A program made the translations under genes and the position numbers. A stretch of DNA of 62,691 nucleotides, the filler included. It is 4 parts of 4 records of this genome, joined end to end, with 100 filler letters (N's around TTAATTAATTAA, not from the genome) between each part and the next. Parts side by side here need not be neighbours in the genome. Positions count along the whole stretch, not along the records: positions 1 to 25,360 come from SRR20825010_3783; 3 more parts are not named here. One strand, 5' to 3'. Shown here in pieces: positions 1 to 9,615 of the stretch (positions are counted from its first letter, which is position 1; the number at the start of each line of letters is the position of its first letter). A model generated the notes under the pieces. It worked only from the letters and a program-made list of their open reading frames with translations, was not told where the DNA came from and ran no database searches.

Positions 1-46
1 CTCTTGCCTGCCAGGCAAGCGCTCTAGCCAACTGAGCTAATCCCCC
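1..46 (-). tRNA. tRNA-Ala(GGC), 5' half only (cut by window edge)
   Basis: Reverse complement reads GGGGGATTAGCTCAGTTGGCTAGAGCGCTTGCCTGGCAGGCAAGAG: D-arm, then anticodon stem CTTGC/GCAAG with loop CTGGCAG (anticodon GGC). Confidence 0.92.
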
Positions 47-103
47 AAAGAGAGCGCAAAGGAAATACTTTTTTCCCAAAGTATCAAAAATTGAGCCCTT
101 TCC

Positions 104-901
104 TTAATCTTTTTTAACGCTGAGTACCAATACCGGTATCTTTACGAAGAACTCCGACTTCTGAATCGTGTTCTTTTCCCATAGTTTTTTAAAGAATCCA
201 CGCTTTCTGCGGAACACGCACAACATGTCCGGATGCTCTTTTTGGAAATACTCCGTCACCCCTAAATACGTGGTACCGTTTTCTGTAATCGTCAATTGTG
301 AGCTCAAATCCATCAAAGCTGTGTTCACTTTAAGATCGTCCTCGGTATAGCCGGGTCTCTTTACCAACAAGAGACTGACTTCTGATCTAAACTTGTTCTT
401 GATCATGATCAATGGGGTCAAAATACTGCTCCGTTTTAAAATTCCCGACCCAAAAGCCGTCAATATTTTCTTGACAGGTTTAAACGTTGTTCCTTTAGGA
501 ACGATCAAGGTTGGGATTTCCGTCTGCTTTATTATTCTACCGGAGGTGTTGCCCAAGTAAAGTTCCTCCTGTATATCGTTACTTTTTGGAGCTATAATGA
601 TCAAGTCAATACCAAGTTCTTTATTGATGCTCTTTAATCCATCGATGATGTCACCATTGTAAGTGGCCAATTTTATTTCGACCCCTTTCGTGTCTACCTG
701 ATCAATAACTTCCTTTAAATGTTCCTTACTGCTTTTGGCTACTTTTTCTTCCACATTGGCCAAACTTCCTACGGCTGTGGTTACATTAAATACGTCCATT
801 ACATAGATTTGAGCCCCAAAATTGGATGCAAAATCAACGGCGTATTGCAATGTTTGATGAGAATCTGGAGAAGTTCCAATAGGTACAAGTATATTGTTCA
901 T
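104..901 (-). CDS. Universal stress protein (UspA family, tandem-domain type)
   Basis: N-terminal MNNILVPIG; LYLGNTSGRIIKQTEIPTLIVP Usp motif; start moved to ATG 901. Confidence 0.85.
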   Translation of the reverse strand: MNNILVPIGTSPDSHQTLQYAVDFASNFGAQIYVMDVFNVTTAVGSLANVEEKVAKSSKEHLKEVIDQVDTKGVEIKLATYNGDIIDGLKSINKELGIDLIIIAPKSNDIQEELYLGNTSGRIIKQTEIPTLIVPKGTTFKPVKKILTAFGSGILKRSSILTPLIMIKNKFRSEVSLLLVKRPGYTEDDLKVNTALMDLSSQLTITENGTTYLGVTEYFQKEHPDMLCVFRRKRGFFKKLWEKNTIQKSEFFVKIPVLVLSVKKD

Positions 902-954
902 GGTTTGGTGATTACGATTAAACCTTAAATTTACAATTAAATTGAAACGAATCA

Positions 955-1455
955 ATGATAAGACGCGCAAAGATATCTGAAATCCCCGATATCTTGACCA
1001 TTACCCAAGCCTGTGCCAAAAAAATGCAAGAGAACGGCATTTTTCAATGGAACGAACACTATCCTTCCAGATTGGCTTTCGAAAAAGATATAGAGCGCAA
1101 CGAGCTATTCGTGATCGAAGAAAGCCATGTCATCCAGGGCACTATCGTCATATCCACATTAATGGATGAGGAATACAAACCCATAAAATGGCTGACCCCC
1201 AACGGAAATAGCACGTACATTCATCGGCTTTCCGTCCATCCAGAACTTCAAGGAAAGGGCTTGGCCCAAGAAATGATGGATTTTGCAGAAAATTATTCCA
1301 GGAAAAATAATTTCGAGTCGGTGCGGCTGGATACTTTTTCACTGAATAAAAGAAACCAGCGTTTTTACGAGCAAAGAGGGTATCAAAAACTTGGTGATAT
1401 CTATTTCCCCAAACAAAGCCAGCATCCTTTTCATTGTTATGAATTAGTGCTGTAA
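955..1455 (+). CDS. GNAT family N-acetyltransferase
   Basis: HRLSVHPELQGKGLA acetyl-CoA motif A; N..NQRFYEQRGY motif B. Confidence 0.9.
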   Translation: MIRRAKISEIPDILTITQACAKKMQENGIFQWNEHYPSRLAFEKDIERNELFVIEESHVIQGTIVISTLMDEEYKPIKWLTPNGNSTYIHRLSVHPELQGKGLAQEMMDFAENYSRKNNFESVRLDTFSLNKRNQRFYEQRGYQKLGDIYFPKQSQHPFHCYELVL

Positions 1456-1467
1456 CTTGCGCCCGAT

Positions 1468-2802
1468 TTGAGCACGCAGGTAAATTTTAAGAGCATCAAC
1501 CAACTGGCCATTCCCGCCACTATCTCGGGAATTGCGGAACCTATTCTCTCCATAACGGATACCGCCATCGTGGGCAACATTCCCGTGGACGGGTTGGAGT
1601 CGTTGGCAGCAGCGGGAATCGTGGGTTCCTTTTTGTCCATGCTCATTTGGGTGCTCGGTCAAACACGAAGCTCCATTTCCGCCATCATTTCCCAGTACTT
1701 GGGCGCCGGACGGTTAACAGAGGTAAAAGATTTGCCGGCACAGGCTATTTTCTTCAACATTCTGCTCAGTATCGTGGTCCTTTTATCCACTGTTTTCCTT
1801 ATAGAAGAAATCTTTGCCCTGTTCAACGCATCCGGTAAAATTCTAGAGTACTGTATATCCTATTATGCCATTAGGGTGTGGGGCTTTCCGCTTACACTTT
1901 TCACCTTTGCTGTTTTCGGGATATTTCGTGGATTGCAGAATACTTTTTACCCCATGGTCATTGCCATGTTGGGTGCAGGCCTCAACATTTTACTGGATTT
2001 TGTTCTTGTTTATGGTATCGATGGATGGGTGCCCGCCCTTTACTTGGAAGGAGCCGCTTGGGCAAGCTTGATATCGCAAGCTATCATGGCCATTATCGCC
2101 CTTGTCCTATTATTGAAAAAGACGGAAATCAGCATGAAACTGGTTTTTCCGCTCAATAAAGAAATGAAGCGTGTGGTATTTATGAGCCTAAACCTCTTTG
2201 TGCGCACGCTTGCCCTCAACGCCGCACTCATGCTTGCCGTACGCGAGGCCACCACCTTGGGCGACCAGTTCATAGGGGCACATACCATTGCCATCAACCT
2301 TTGGTTGTTCTCCGCTTTCTTTATTGATGGATTTGCCGCCGCAGGAAACAGTATGGGCGGAAGACTGCTCGGTGCCCAAGACTATAACGGTCTTTGGGAA
2401 TTGGCCAAAAAAATAATGAAGTATGGCACGATTGTAAGCCTTGGACTTATGGCGTTCGGATTTATTTTTTATAGGCCCATTGGCCGGATTTTTTCCAACG
2501 AAACCGTGGTACTGGACACCTTCTACAACATTTTTTACATTGTAATCATCGGTTTGCCGATGAATACGTTGGCCTTTGTTTTTGATGGGCTTTTCAAGGG
2601 AATGGGCGAAATGAAGTATTTAAGGAACGTACTGTTGGCCGCCACCTTATTGGGGTTCATTCCATGCCTCTATCTGGGCATTTATCTAGGTTGGGGGCTA
2701 TATGCCATTTGGATTGCATTTGTGGTCTGGATGATGATTCGTGGATTTTCCCTGGTCTGGAAATTTAGGATAAAATTCCAACCCTTGGTACAAAACCCTT
2801 AA
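1468..2802 (+). CDS. MATE family efflux transporter (DinF-like)
   Basis: 444 aa, about 12 TM segments; LAIPA..TDTAIVG, FRGLQNT and N..LD motifs. Confidence 0.9.
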   Translation: MSTQVNFKSINQLAIPATISGIAEPILSITDTAIVGNIPVDGLESLAAAGIVGSFLSMLIWVLGQTRSSISAIISQYLGAGRLTEVKDLPAQAIFFNILLSIVVLLSTVFLIEEIFALFNASGKILEYCISYYAIRVWGFPLTLFTFAVFGIFRGLQNTFYPMVIAMLGAGLNILLDFVLVYGIDGWVPALYLEGAAWASLISQAIMAIIALVLLLKKTEISMKLVFPLNKEMKRVVFMSLNLFVRTLALNAALMLAVREATTLGDQFIGAHTIAINLWLFSAFFIDGFAAAGNSMGGRLLGAQDYNGLWELAKKIMKYGTIVSLGLMAFGFIFYRPIGRIFSNETVVLDTFYNIFYIVIIGLPMNTLAFVFDGLFKGMGEMKYLRNVLLAATLLGFIPCLYLGIYLGWGLYAIWIAFVVWMMIRGFSLVWKFRIKFQPLVQNP

Positions 2803-2851
2803 TTTAGTGCTCACGGAATACAGGTTTACAACAACTGATAACTGAAAATAA

Positions 2852-3619
2852 ATGTCCACCCATAGAATCAACGGCAGCCTATACACCAAAATTGAAAACA
2901 AGGTAGCGACCATAGAATTTGGTCACCCTGCAAGCAATTCCTTTGTTTCCGAACTTTTGGTGCGGCTTACGAAGGAGTTTGATAAAGTGGGCAAAAACGA
3001 TGACGTTTCTGTAATCGTGTTAAAGTCCGAAGGAGAACGGGCTTTTTGTGCCGGAGCCTCTTTTGATGAATTAGTGGCAGTTTCCAATCTGGAAGAGGGG
3101 AAGGCGTTTTTTAGTGGTTTTGCAAACATCATCAATGCCATGCGCAAGTGTCCCAAGCCGATTATTGGACGAGTACAGGGCAAAACTGTTGGTGGCGGTG
3201 TCGGCTTGGCATCGGCCTGCGATTATGTGCATGCAACGGTAGAAGCAGCCATCAAATTATCGGAAATATCCATAGGAATAGGCCCGTTCGTCATTGCCCC
3301 GGCCGTAGAGCGCAAAATGGGCAAAGCCGCTTTGGCCGAGCTCACTTTGTATCCCACCGAGTGGAAAAATGCCTATTGGGCCAAAGAACAAGGCTTATAT
3401 GCCAAAGTGTACGATTCCATTGCCGAAATGGACAGGGAACTGGAAATCCATGTTCAAAAACTGGCCACCTATAACCCCGAAGCTCTGGAAAAAATGAAGA
3501 AAGTTCTTTGGGAAGGAACCGAACATTGGGACGACCTATTGTTGGAACGTGCTGAAGCATCCGGAAAGTTGGCACTATCGCCAAATACCAAAAAAGCATT
3601 GGAGAAGTTTAAAAAATAA
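2852..3619 (+). CDS. Enoyl-CoA hydratase/isomerase family protein
   Basis: AFCAGASF and KPIIGRVQGKTVGGGVGLASACD crotonase motifs. Confidence 0.92.
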   Translation: MSTHRINGSLYTKIENKVATIEFGHPASNSFVSELLVRLTKEFDKVGKNDDVSVIVLKSEGERAFCAGASFDELVAVSNLEEGKAFFSGFANIINAMRKCPKPIIGRVQGKTVGGGVGLASACDYVHATVEAAIKLSEISIGIGPFVIAPAVERKMGKAALAELTLYPTEWKNAYWAKEQGLYAKVYDSIAEMDRELEIHVQKLATYNPEALEKMKKVLWEGTEHWDDLLLERAEASGKLALSPNTKKALEKFKK

Positions 3620-3627
3620 AAGCAGTT

Positions 3628-3720
3628 ATGAATGATTTGATTTTTCCCATATTGGCCCTTTTTGTAGTCGTGGTGTATGTAGTCAATAGAATACGTAGCA
3701 ATCGTCGTTACAAAAAATAA
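3628..3720 (+). CDS. Putative 30-aa single-TM membrane peptide (absent from ORF track)
   Basis: MNDLIFPILALFVVVVYVVNRIRSNRRYKK*: hydrophobic core plus basic tail; starts 8 nt after the upstream stop. Confidence 0.6.
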   Translation: MNDLIFPILALFVVVVYVVNRIRSNRRYKK

Positions 3721-3748
3721 TATATAAAATATATATTTTATATATTTG
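3719..3748 (+). promoter_or_regulatory. Palindromic operator overlapping the Bacteroidota -7 promoter element of the TA operon
   Basis: Perfect 28-bp palindrome AATATATAAAATATATATTTTATATATT (3719-3746) overlapping TATATTTG (TAnnTTTG, 3741-3748). Confidence 0.65.
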
Positions 3749-3777
3749 CTGGTATATAATTTGAGAGACCACGTTTT

Positions 3778-4038
3778 ATGGAACATGTCAAAAAACTCAT
3801 TGAAGTCGATAAGTCACTGGTAGTAAAACTCAAAGTGCTTTCCGCTTTTGAAAACTTGAGCGTTAAGGCCTTGATGGAAAAGGCCGTGGTCGAGTATGTG
3901 AAAAACAAGGAGCTGGAGCGTTTTGAAAAGCTATCAGAAGAAGAGAAGGAAGACCTTGGTCTTCTACTTTTGATGCAGCAAACAGACAAAGAAGACTTTG
4001 TCAGTGAGGAAGTTGTCTTTAAAATTCTTGATGAATGA
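3778..4038 (+). CDS. Putative type II antitoxin (ribbon-helix-helix-like N-terminus, acidic C-terminus)
   Basis: 86 aa; KKLIEV strand then two helices; acidic tail; ATGA overlap with the toxin gene. Confidence 0.7.
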   Translation: MEHVKKLIEVDKSLVVKLKVLSAFENLSVKALMEKAVVEYVKNKELERFEKLSEEEKEDLGLLLLMQQTDKEDFVSEEVVFKILDE

Positions 4039-4301
4039 AAATCAAATATCATAAATCACTTGAAAAAGATTTAAGAAAGATTAATGATAAAAAGATAAAG
4101 CAAAAATTGAAGCTCATCATTCTCGAAATCAAAGAAGCTGAGGTTTTGGACGAGCTTAAGTCCGTCAAGAAGTTAGCAGGACACCCGAATGCCTTCAGAA
4201 TAAGAGTCGGTACATACCGACTTGGTTTTTATTACGAAAACAATACCTTAATATTGTCTCGTTTTGTAAAACGAAATGACATATATAAACTTTTTCCTTA
4301 G
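4035..4301 (+). CDS. Type II toxin, RelE/StbE (RelE/ParE superfamily)
   Basis: 88 aa, basic; KDLRKI...KKLAG...FRIRVGTYRLGF...KRNDIYK. Confidence 0.88.
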   Translation: MKIKYHKSLEKDLRKINDKKIKQKLKLIILEIKEAEVLDELKSVKKLAGHPNAFRIRVGTYRLGFYYENNTLILSRFVKRNDIYKLFP

Positions 4302-4306
4302 ACCCA

Positions 4307-5074
4307 TTGGACAATATTTCACTTCCTAAAGGCAAAAAAATCTATTTCGCGAGCGATAACCACCTAGGGGCTCCCACCCGAAAGGACAGTCTGCCCCGTG
4401 AGAAAAAATTTGTGGCCTGGCTGGATTCCATTAAGAAGGATGCTGCGGCCATTTTTTTAATGGGCGACCTTTTTGATTTTTGGTTCGAGTATAAAACCGT
4501 GGTGCCCAAAGGCTTTACACGAACGCTTGGCAAACTGGCCGAACTATCGGATATGGGCATTCCCATTACTTATTTTGTGGGCAACCATGATCTTTGGATG
4601 AACGGATATTTTGAAGAGGAACTGAATATCCCGGTGTACCATAAACCGCAGCAGTTCCTCATCAATGACACTTCCTTTTTTATTGGGCACGGTGATGGAT
4701 TGGGTCCACATGACAAGGGTTTTAAACGGATGAAAAAGGTATTTACCAATCCAGTGGCCCAGTGGTTTTTTAAATGGCTTCACCCCGATTTAGGTGTTCG
4801 TTTGGGACAGCATCTGTCCGTAAACAACAAAATTATTTCTGGCGAAGCGGACGCTAAATTTTTAGGAGAGGATAAGGAATGGCTCATTCTGTATGCCAAG
4901 CGCAAGTTGGAAGAGCAACATTTTGACCATTTTATATTTGGTCATCGTCATTTACCGTTGGAAATCAAACTGAACGATACCTCGACCTATACCAATCTCG
5001 GGGATTGGATTTCCTATTTTACCTACGCTGTTTTTGATGGAGAAAAATTGACTTTGGAGAAACTGGAAGATTAG
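4307..5074 (+). CDS. lpxH: UDP-2,3-diacylglucosamine diphosphatase (LpxH-like metallophosphoesterase)
   Basis: SDNHLG, GDLFDFW, GNHD, HGD, GHRH and NLGDW motifs. Confidence 0.85.
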   Translation: MDNISLPKGKKIYFASDNHLGAPTRKDSLPREKKFVAWLDSIKKDAAAIFLMGDLFDFWFEYKTVVPKGFTRTLGKLAELSDMGIPITYFVGNHDLWMNGYFEEELNIPVYHKPQQFLINDTSFFIGHGDGLGPHDKGFKRMKKVFTNPVAQWFFKWLHPDLGVRLGQHLSVNNKIISGEADAKFLGEDKEWLILYAKRKLEEQHFDHFIFGHRHLPLEIKLNDTSTYTNLGDWISYFTYAVFDGEKLTLEKLED

Positions 5075-6330
5075 TCTTCCTTTTCGTGCTCTTCAATGTC
5101 TTTTTGAAGGTCCAATCGCCTAAATGTGGGGGAAGCAATTGCTGTTGCACTTACGGTGAGCAACGTCATGCATCCACCAAAGACCACCGCTGTTACAGTT
5201 CCCATTAGTTTGGCCGTCAACCCACTTTCAAAAGCTCCCAACTCGTTGGAGGAACCTACGAACATAGAATTTACCGAAGCTACCCTACCGCGCATATTGT
5301 CCGGTGTTTTTATTTGCAAAATGGTCTGTCGAATGATCATCGAGATACCATCCACTGCCCCACTTACAAACAAAGCGATCACGGATAACCAAAAAAGTTC
5401 CGACAACCCGAAGACGATAATACAGATTCCAAAGGCAAAGACCGCCATCAATAACTTTTTACCAGCATTTTTATGCAAGGGAAACCTAGTTGAGCCCAAC
5501 ATGGTAATAGATGCCCCTACCGCGGGGGCAGCCCGTAAAATCCCGAAGCCTTCGGAACCCACGTGCAAAATATCTTGAGCATAAACAGGCAAAAGCGCCA
5601 CGGCCCCACCAAAAAGTACGGCGATCATGTCCAAAGTAAGTGCCCCAAAAATGGCCTTGTTCCCAAAAACAAACTTGAGTCCATCCTTCAAACTTTGAAA
5701 AACAGGCTCCCCGATTTTAGGGTTCATAATGGGTTTTGGGGGGATTTGGAAGAGGAAAATCAACGCCATCAACGAGAAACCAAAAATGACGCACATGCTC
5801 CAATGCACTCCGATCCAACTAATGGAAAAACCGGCCAAGGCAGGCCCCAAAACCGATGCCAACTGCCAAGTGGAACTGCTCCAAGTGGCCGCATTCGGAT
5901 ATATTTTCTTCGGAACGATCAAAGCAATCAACGAAAATATGGTCGGGCCCAAAAACGAGCGAACAAATCCTCCCAAAAACACCAGGGCATAAATGGAGTA
6001 CAGTATGGTGGTGGATTCCCATGAATCTTCCAATCCGGGCCAGCTCAATACAAACAATCCGAAGCTTATCACCGAGAACCCGGCGATACAGACCACCAAA
6101 AGGTTCCGTTTTTCCTTTTGGTCCACAATGTGACCTGCGAAGAGGGCCATGCTCACGGCAGGTACCACCTCCATCAAACCGATTATACCCAAAGAAAGCG
6201 GGTCCTTGGTCAAGGAATATACTTGCCATTCAATTACGATAAACTGCATGGACCATGCGAAAACCATGGCAAAACGCACCAATAAAAATATGTTGAATTC
6301 CTTATAGCGAAGTGCTGCGTAGGGGTCCAT
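5071..6330 (-). CDS. MFS transporter (MFS_3/EntS-like)
   Basis: 419 aa, about 12 TM; AGHIVDQKEKR motif A; TPDNMRGRV. Confidence 0.88.
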   Translation of the reverse strand: MDPYAALRYKEFNIFLLVRFAMVFAWSMQFIVIEWQVYSLTKDPLSLGIIGLMEVVPAVSMALFAGHIVDQKEKRNLLVVCIAGFSVISFGLFVLSWPGLEDSWESTTILYSIYALVFLGGFVRSFLGPTIFSLIALIVPKKIYPNAATWSSSTWQLASVLGPALAGFSISWIGVHWSMCVIFGFSLMALIFLFQIPPKPIMNPKIGEPVFQSLKDGLKFVFGNKAIFGALTLDMIAVLFGGAVALLPVYAQDILHVGSEGFGILRAAPAVGASITMLGSTRFPLHKNAGKKLLMAVFAFGICIIVFGLSELFWLSVIALFVSGAVDGISMIIRQTILQIKTPDNMRGRVASVNSMFVGSSNELGAFESGLTAKLMGTVTAVVFGGCMTLLTVSATAIASPTFRRLDLQKDIEEHEKED

Positions 6331-6336
6331 AAATAG

Positions 6337-8025
6337 CTAGCGAATATCTCTTAATTTTAGTTGAAGGCTTACCGTTCCGTTCCATTCATTTTCATCCAAC
6401 GAAAATACGGCATCGAATGGTTTTATTCGCTTAACCACATCCAATTTATCGCCCAAATTAAATCCTATGCCACCAATAGGTTCCGAACCTAGTTGATAGA
6501 GGCTGCATTTTAAGTGTTTCTCGCCTTCGCCAACTCCACGGGCATACCCCGTATCCTTTAATCCTTCGGCCATAAAAACGGGGGTCATGTTGCCGGGACC
6601 AAATGGTGCAAATTGTTTTAGAATACGCATCAGTTTTGGGGTAATCTGGTCCATTTGAATTTTGGCATCAATGGAAATTTCGGGCTGCAAGAGTTTTGGG
6701 TCGATGGTTTCAGAAACCACCCTTTCAAACTGGCTCTTGAACGTTTCATACTGCTCTTCCAACAACGTGAGTCCCGCTGCATACATGTGACCGCCGAACT
6801 GCTCTAAACAATCTGAACATCCCTCCAGGGCATTGTAGATATCAAACCCTTTGACCGATCTTGCGGAAGCTGCCAATTTATCCCCGCTTTTGGTGAAGAC
6901 CAAAGTTGGCCGGTAATATGTTTCTGTCAATCGTGATGCTACAATACCGATTACACCTTTGTGCCAGTTTTCGTTATAGACCACTGAGGTAAACTTCTCC
7001 TCCTCTTTATTTTCTTGGATTTGCACTAAAGCTTCCTGTGTGATTTCTTGGTCCAAACTTCTCCGTTCTGTGTTGAACAGTTCAATTTCAGAAGCAAACT
7101 GTTGTGCCTGGGCAAAGTTGGTTTCGGTGAGTAAGTTTACGGCATGTTGTCCATGCTTCATGCGTCCGGCCGCATTGATTCGTGGGGCAATGATAAAAAC
7201 CACATCCGTGATGGTAAGCTCCCTTTTTTTGGTCTGATCAATTAATGCCTTGATTCCTGTTCTTGGATTTTCGTTGATGACCATTAACCCGTAATAAGCG
7301 AGCACACGATTCTCCCCGGTAATAGGAACAATATCGGCAGCAATGGCAGTTGCCACTAAATCCAAATAAAGCAAAATATCATCGATGGTATTTCCCCACT
7401 TGGTACTCAACGCTTGAATCAATTTAAAGCCAACGCCACAACCGCAAAGTTCCTTGTAAGGATAGTCGCAATCGTGCTGTTTGGGATCTAACACCGCAAT
7501 TGCATCTGGAAGTTCTGCTCCTGGTCGGTGGTGATCGCAAACGATAACATCGATGCCTTTTTCCTTGGCATATTTTATCTGGTCAATGGCCTTGATGCCG
7601 CAATCCAGCGCTATAATCAAAGACATGTCGTTGTCCGAGGCAAAATCAATGCCTTTTAAGGAAATGCCGTAACCTTCCAAATAACGGTCGGGAATGTAGG
7701 TGGCCACATTGGGGTAGGTTTCCATCAAATAGGCGCTCATTAGCGCAACGGATGTGGTCCCATCTACATCGTAATCTCCATAGACCAAAATGTTCTCTCC
7801 TTTGTTGATGGCTTCTTCAATCCGTTCCACTGCTTTGCGCATGTCCTTCATCAAAAAAGGATCGTGCAGATGATTCAACTCGGGCCGGAAGAATGCTTTC
7901 GCCTCTTCGTAATTGGTTATTCCCCTTTGAATTAGGAGCTGCGCTACCAAATCATCAACGCCCAATGCTTTGGACAATTGGTCAATGAATTCTTGTTCCG
8001 GTTTTGGCTTTATGGTCCAGCGCAT
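6337..8025 (-). CDS. recJ: Single-stranded-DNA-specific exonuclease RecJ
   Basis: GDYDVDG, DCG, DHH, PRINAAGR and FGGH motifs. Confidence 0.97.
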   Translation of the reverse strand: MRWTIKPKPEQEFIDQLSKALGVDDLVAQLLIQRGITNYEEAKAFFRPELNHLHDPFLMKDMRKAVERIEEAINKGENILVYGDYDVDGTTSVALMSAYLMETYPNVATYIPDRYLEGYGISLKGIDFASDNDMSLIIALDCGIKAIDQIKYAKEKGIDVIVCDHHRPGAELPDAIAVLDPKQHDCDYPYKELCGCGVGFKLIQALSTKWGNTIDDILLYLDLVATAIAADIVPITGENRVLAYYGLMVINENPRTGIKALIDQTKKRELTITDVVFIIAPRINAAGRMKHGQHAVNLLTETNFAQAQQFASEIELFNTERRSLDQEITQEALVQIQENKEEEKFTSVVYNENWHKGVIGIVASRLTETYYRPTLVFTKSGDKLAASARSVKGFDIYNALEGCSDCLEQFGGHMYAAGLTLLEEQYETFKSQFERVVSETIDPKLLQPEISIDAKIQMDQITPKLMRILKQFAPFGPGNMTPVFMAEGLKDTGYARGVGEGEKHLKCSLYQLGSEPIGGIGFNLGDKLDVVKRIKPFDAVFSLDENEWNGTVSLQLKLRDIR

Positions 8026-8074
8026 AGTTTTAAAAGTTCAAGTGCAAAATTCAAGCTTAAGCTCAAATTTCCAG

Positions 8075-8425
8075 TTACTTCTTCCTTTTGATTACGGTAG
8101 CAGTGATTTTAATCAATTGTTCAATTTCATCCAATAAACCAATGCAAACTCCTTCATTGCCATAGTTTATCTTTTTCAGAATCTTTAGGCTTACCCTCGA
8201 TTCTTTCAATTCCCTTAATGTAATGGTAGCCCTATAAACAAAATCTTTGTTGGTGTTTGTTCCTTGAGCCTATCCAAAGTTCAAAGCAGCACTTCCAGCG
8301 GAACGAAGTAATTGATTTCCGTAATATTGTCCTGTAAAATCGTTGGATAAATCGTGGCAAAAAGTAGCGATACTGGCTGCCAAATCCACAAATCGTTCCT
8401 CTAGATCGAATTTCTTTTCGTTCAT
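8075..8425 (-). pseudogene. Four-helix-bundle protein (TIGR02436 / 23S IVS protein family) with an in-frame TAG at codon 52
   Basis: MNEKKFDLEERFVD...NQLLRSAGSAALNFG*AQG...KDF...LRELKESR...IKRKK; TAG (8270-8272) lies where the conserved Glu of N-x-x-E-A is expected. Confidence 0.85.
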
Positions 8426-8528
8426 ATTTTAAAAATTGATCTTGAGGTTGACCTAATTCTTAAATATAATTGATTATTTGGTAATTGAACTTGTGTTTTG
8501 TTCTTGAGCCTGTTCCTTTGTTTGCCTC

Positions 8529-8951
8529 CTATTTATGATGAAAAATGGTCTTGATGTCCAATTCGGCAAATTTTCTGAACATTTCCATAACGCCGCAATA
8601 TTTTTCAACGGAAAGGTCTACCGCTTTTTTAAGCTTGTCCTCGTTTAAGTTGGCACCGGTAAAATGATACTCGATTACTACGGAATTATAATATTTCGGA
8701 TGTTCGTCGGTAAGGTTGGCTATGGTCTCTATCTTAAAGTCGTCCACTTCCAATTTCATCTTTTTAATGAGCGAGGCCACATCCAAACCCGAACAACCTG
8801 CCAAAGATGACAACATTAGGGCCTTGGGACGCAACCCTGCTCCCGACCCGCCACTATCTTCACCGGCATCGATTCGTACAGTATGTCCAGATGGATTGTT
8901 GCTCTCAAAAGCCATCTCTCCCAACCATTTGGTAGTTATGTGATTTGTCAT
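8529..8951 (-). CDS. OsmC/Ohr (YhfA-like) family protein
   Basis: RPKALMLSSLAGCSGLDV and AVDLSVEKYCGV two-Cys pattern; start at MTNHITT. Confidence 0.9.
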   Translation of the reverse strand: MTNHITTKWLGEMAFESNNPSGHTVRIDAGEDSGGSGAGLRPKALMLSSLAGCSGLDVASLIKKMKLEVDDFKIETIANLTDEHPKYYNSVVIEYHFTGANLNEDKLKKAVDLSVEKYCGVMEMFRKFAELDIKTIFHHK

Positions 8952-9006
8952 GACGTTTAATTTTTGTTTCTTGTAGAGTCCAAAAATACAATTTATAATC
9001 GCAATC

Positions 9007-9609
9007 ATGCCCTTAGTCAATCCCCTATCGCCCAATCACGATCCCCAGACGAAAGAACTGGCCGAGTTCTTTAATGAAACGCTTGGGTTTTGTCCAAATT
9101 CCGTGCTGACCATGCAGCATAGACCGGCCATATCCAAGGCTTTCATTAACCTTAACAAGGCGGTAATGGCCAATGAGGGCCGAGTATCTTCTGCCTTAAA
9201 ACGAATGATTGCGTGGGTAAGCAGCAATGCCACGGGCTGCCGGTATTGCCAGGCACATGCCATCCGGGCTGCGGAGCGTTACGGTGCCAAACAGGAACAA
9301 TTGGACAACATTTGGGAATACCGGACACATAACGCTTTCTCAGAAGCAGAAAAGGCTGCTTTGGATTTTGCCTTGGCCGCTTCCCAAGTGCCAAATACAG
9401 TGAATGCCGACATTAAAAAGGAATTGCACAAACATTGGAACGATGGCGAAATTGTAGAAATGATGGGGGTCATTTCACTTTTTGGGTACCTCAACCGCTG
9501 GAACGATTCCATGGGCACGGATATCGAAGATGGAGCCGTGGAAAGTGCGGAAAAATATTTGGGGGAAGTGGGCTGGCAAAAAGGGAAGCATGATGGGTCC
9601 AAATATTAA
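9007..9609 (+). CDS. Carboxymuconolactone decarboxylase/AhpD-like peroxidase-related protein
   Basis: SNATGCRYCQAH (CxxC-x2-H) motif. Confidence 0.88.
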   Translation: MPLVNPLSPNHDPQTKELAEFFNETLGFCPNSVLTMQHRPAISKAFINLNKAVMANEGRVSSALKRMIAWVSSNATGCRYCQAHAIRAAERYGAKQEQLDNIWEYRTHNAFSEAEKAALDFALAASQVPNTVNADIKKELHKHWNDGEIVEMMGVISLFGYLNRWNDSMGTDIEDGAVESAEKYLGEVGWQKGKHDGSKY

Positions 9610-9615
9610 ATAGAT

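Noticed and set aside
8270-8272. TAG as pyrrolysine or recoded stop
   Set aside because: Other genes on this contig end in TAG (recJ, lpxH), no pyl genes are visible, and Glu is the expected residue. A point mutation or assembly error is simpler.
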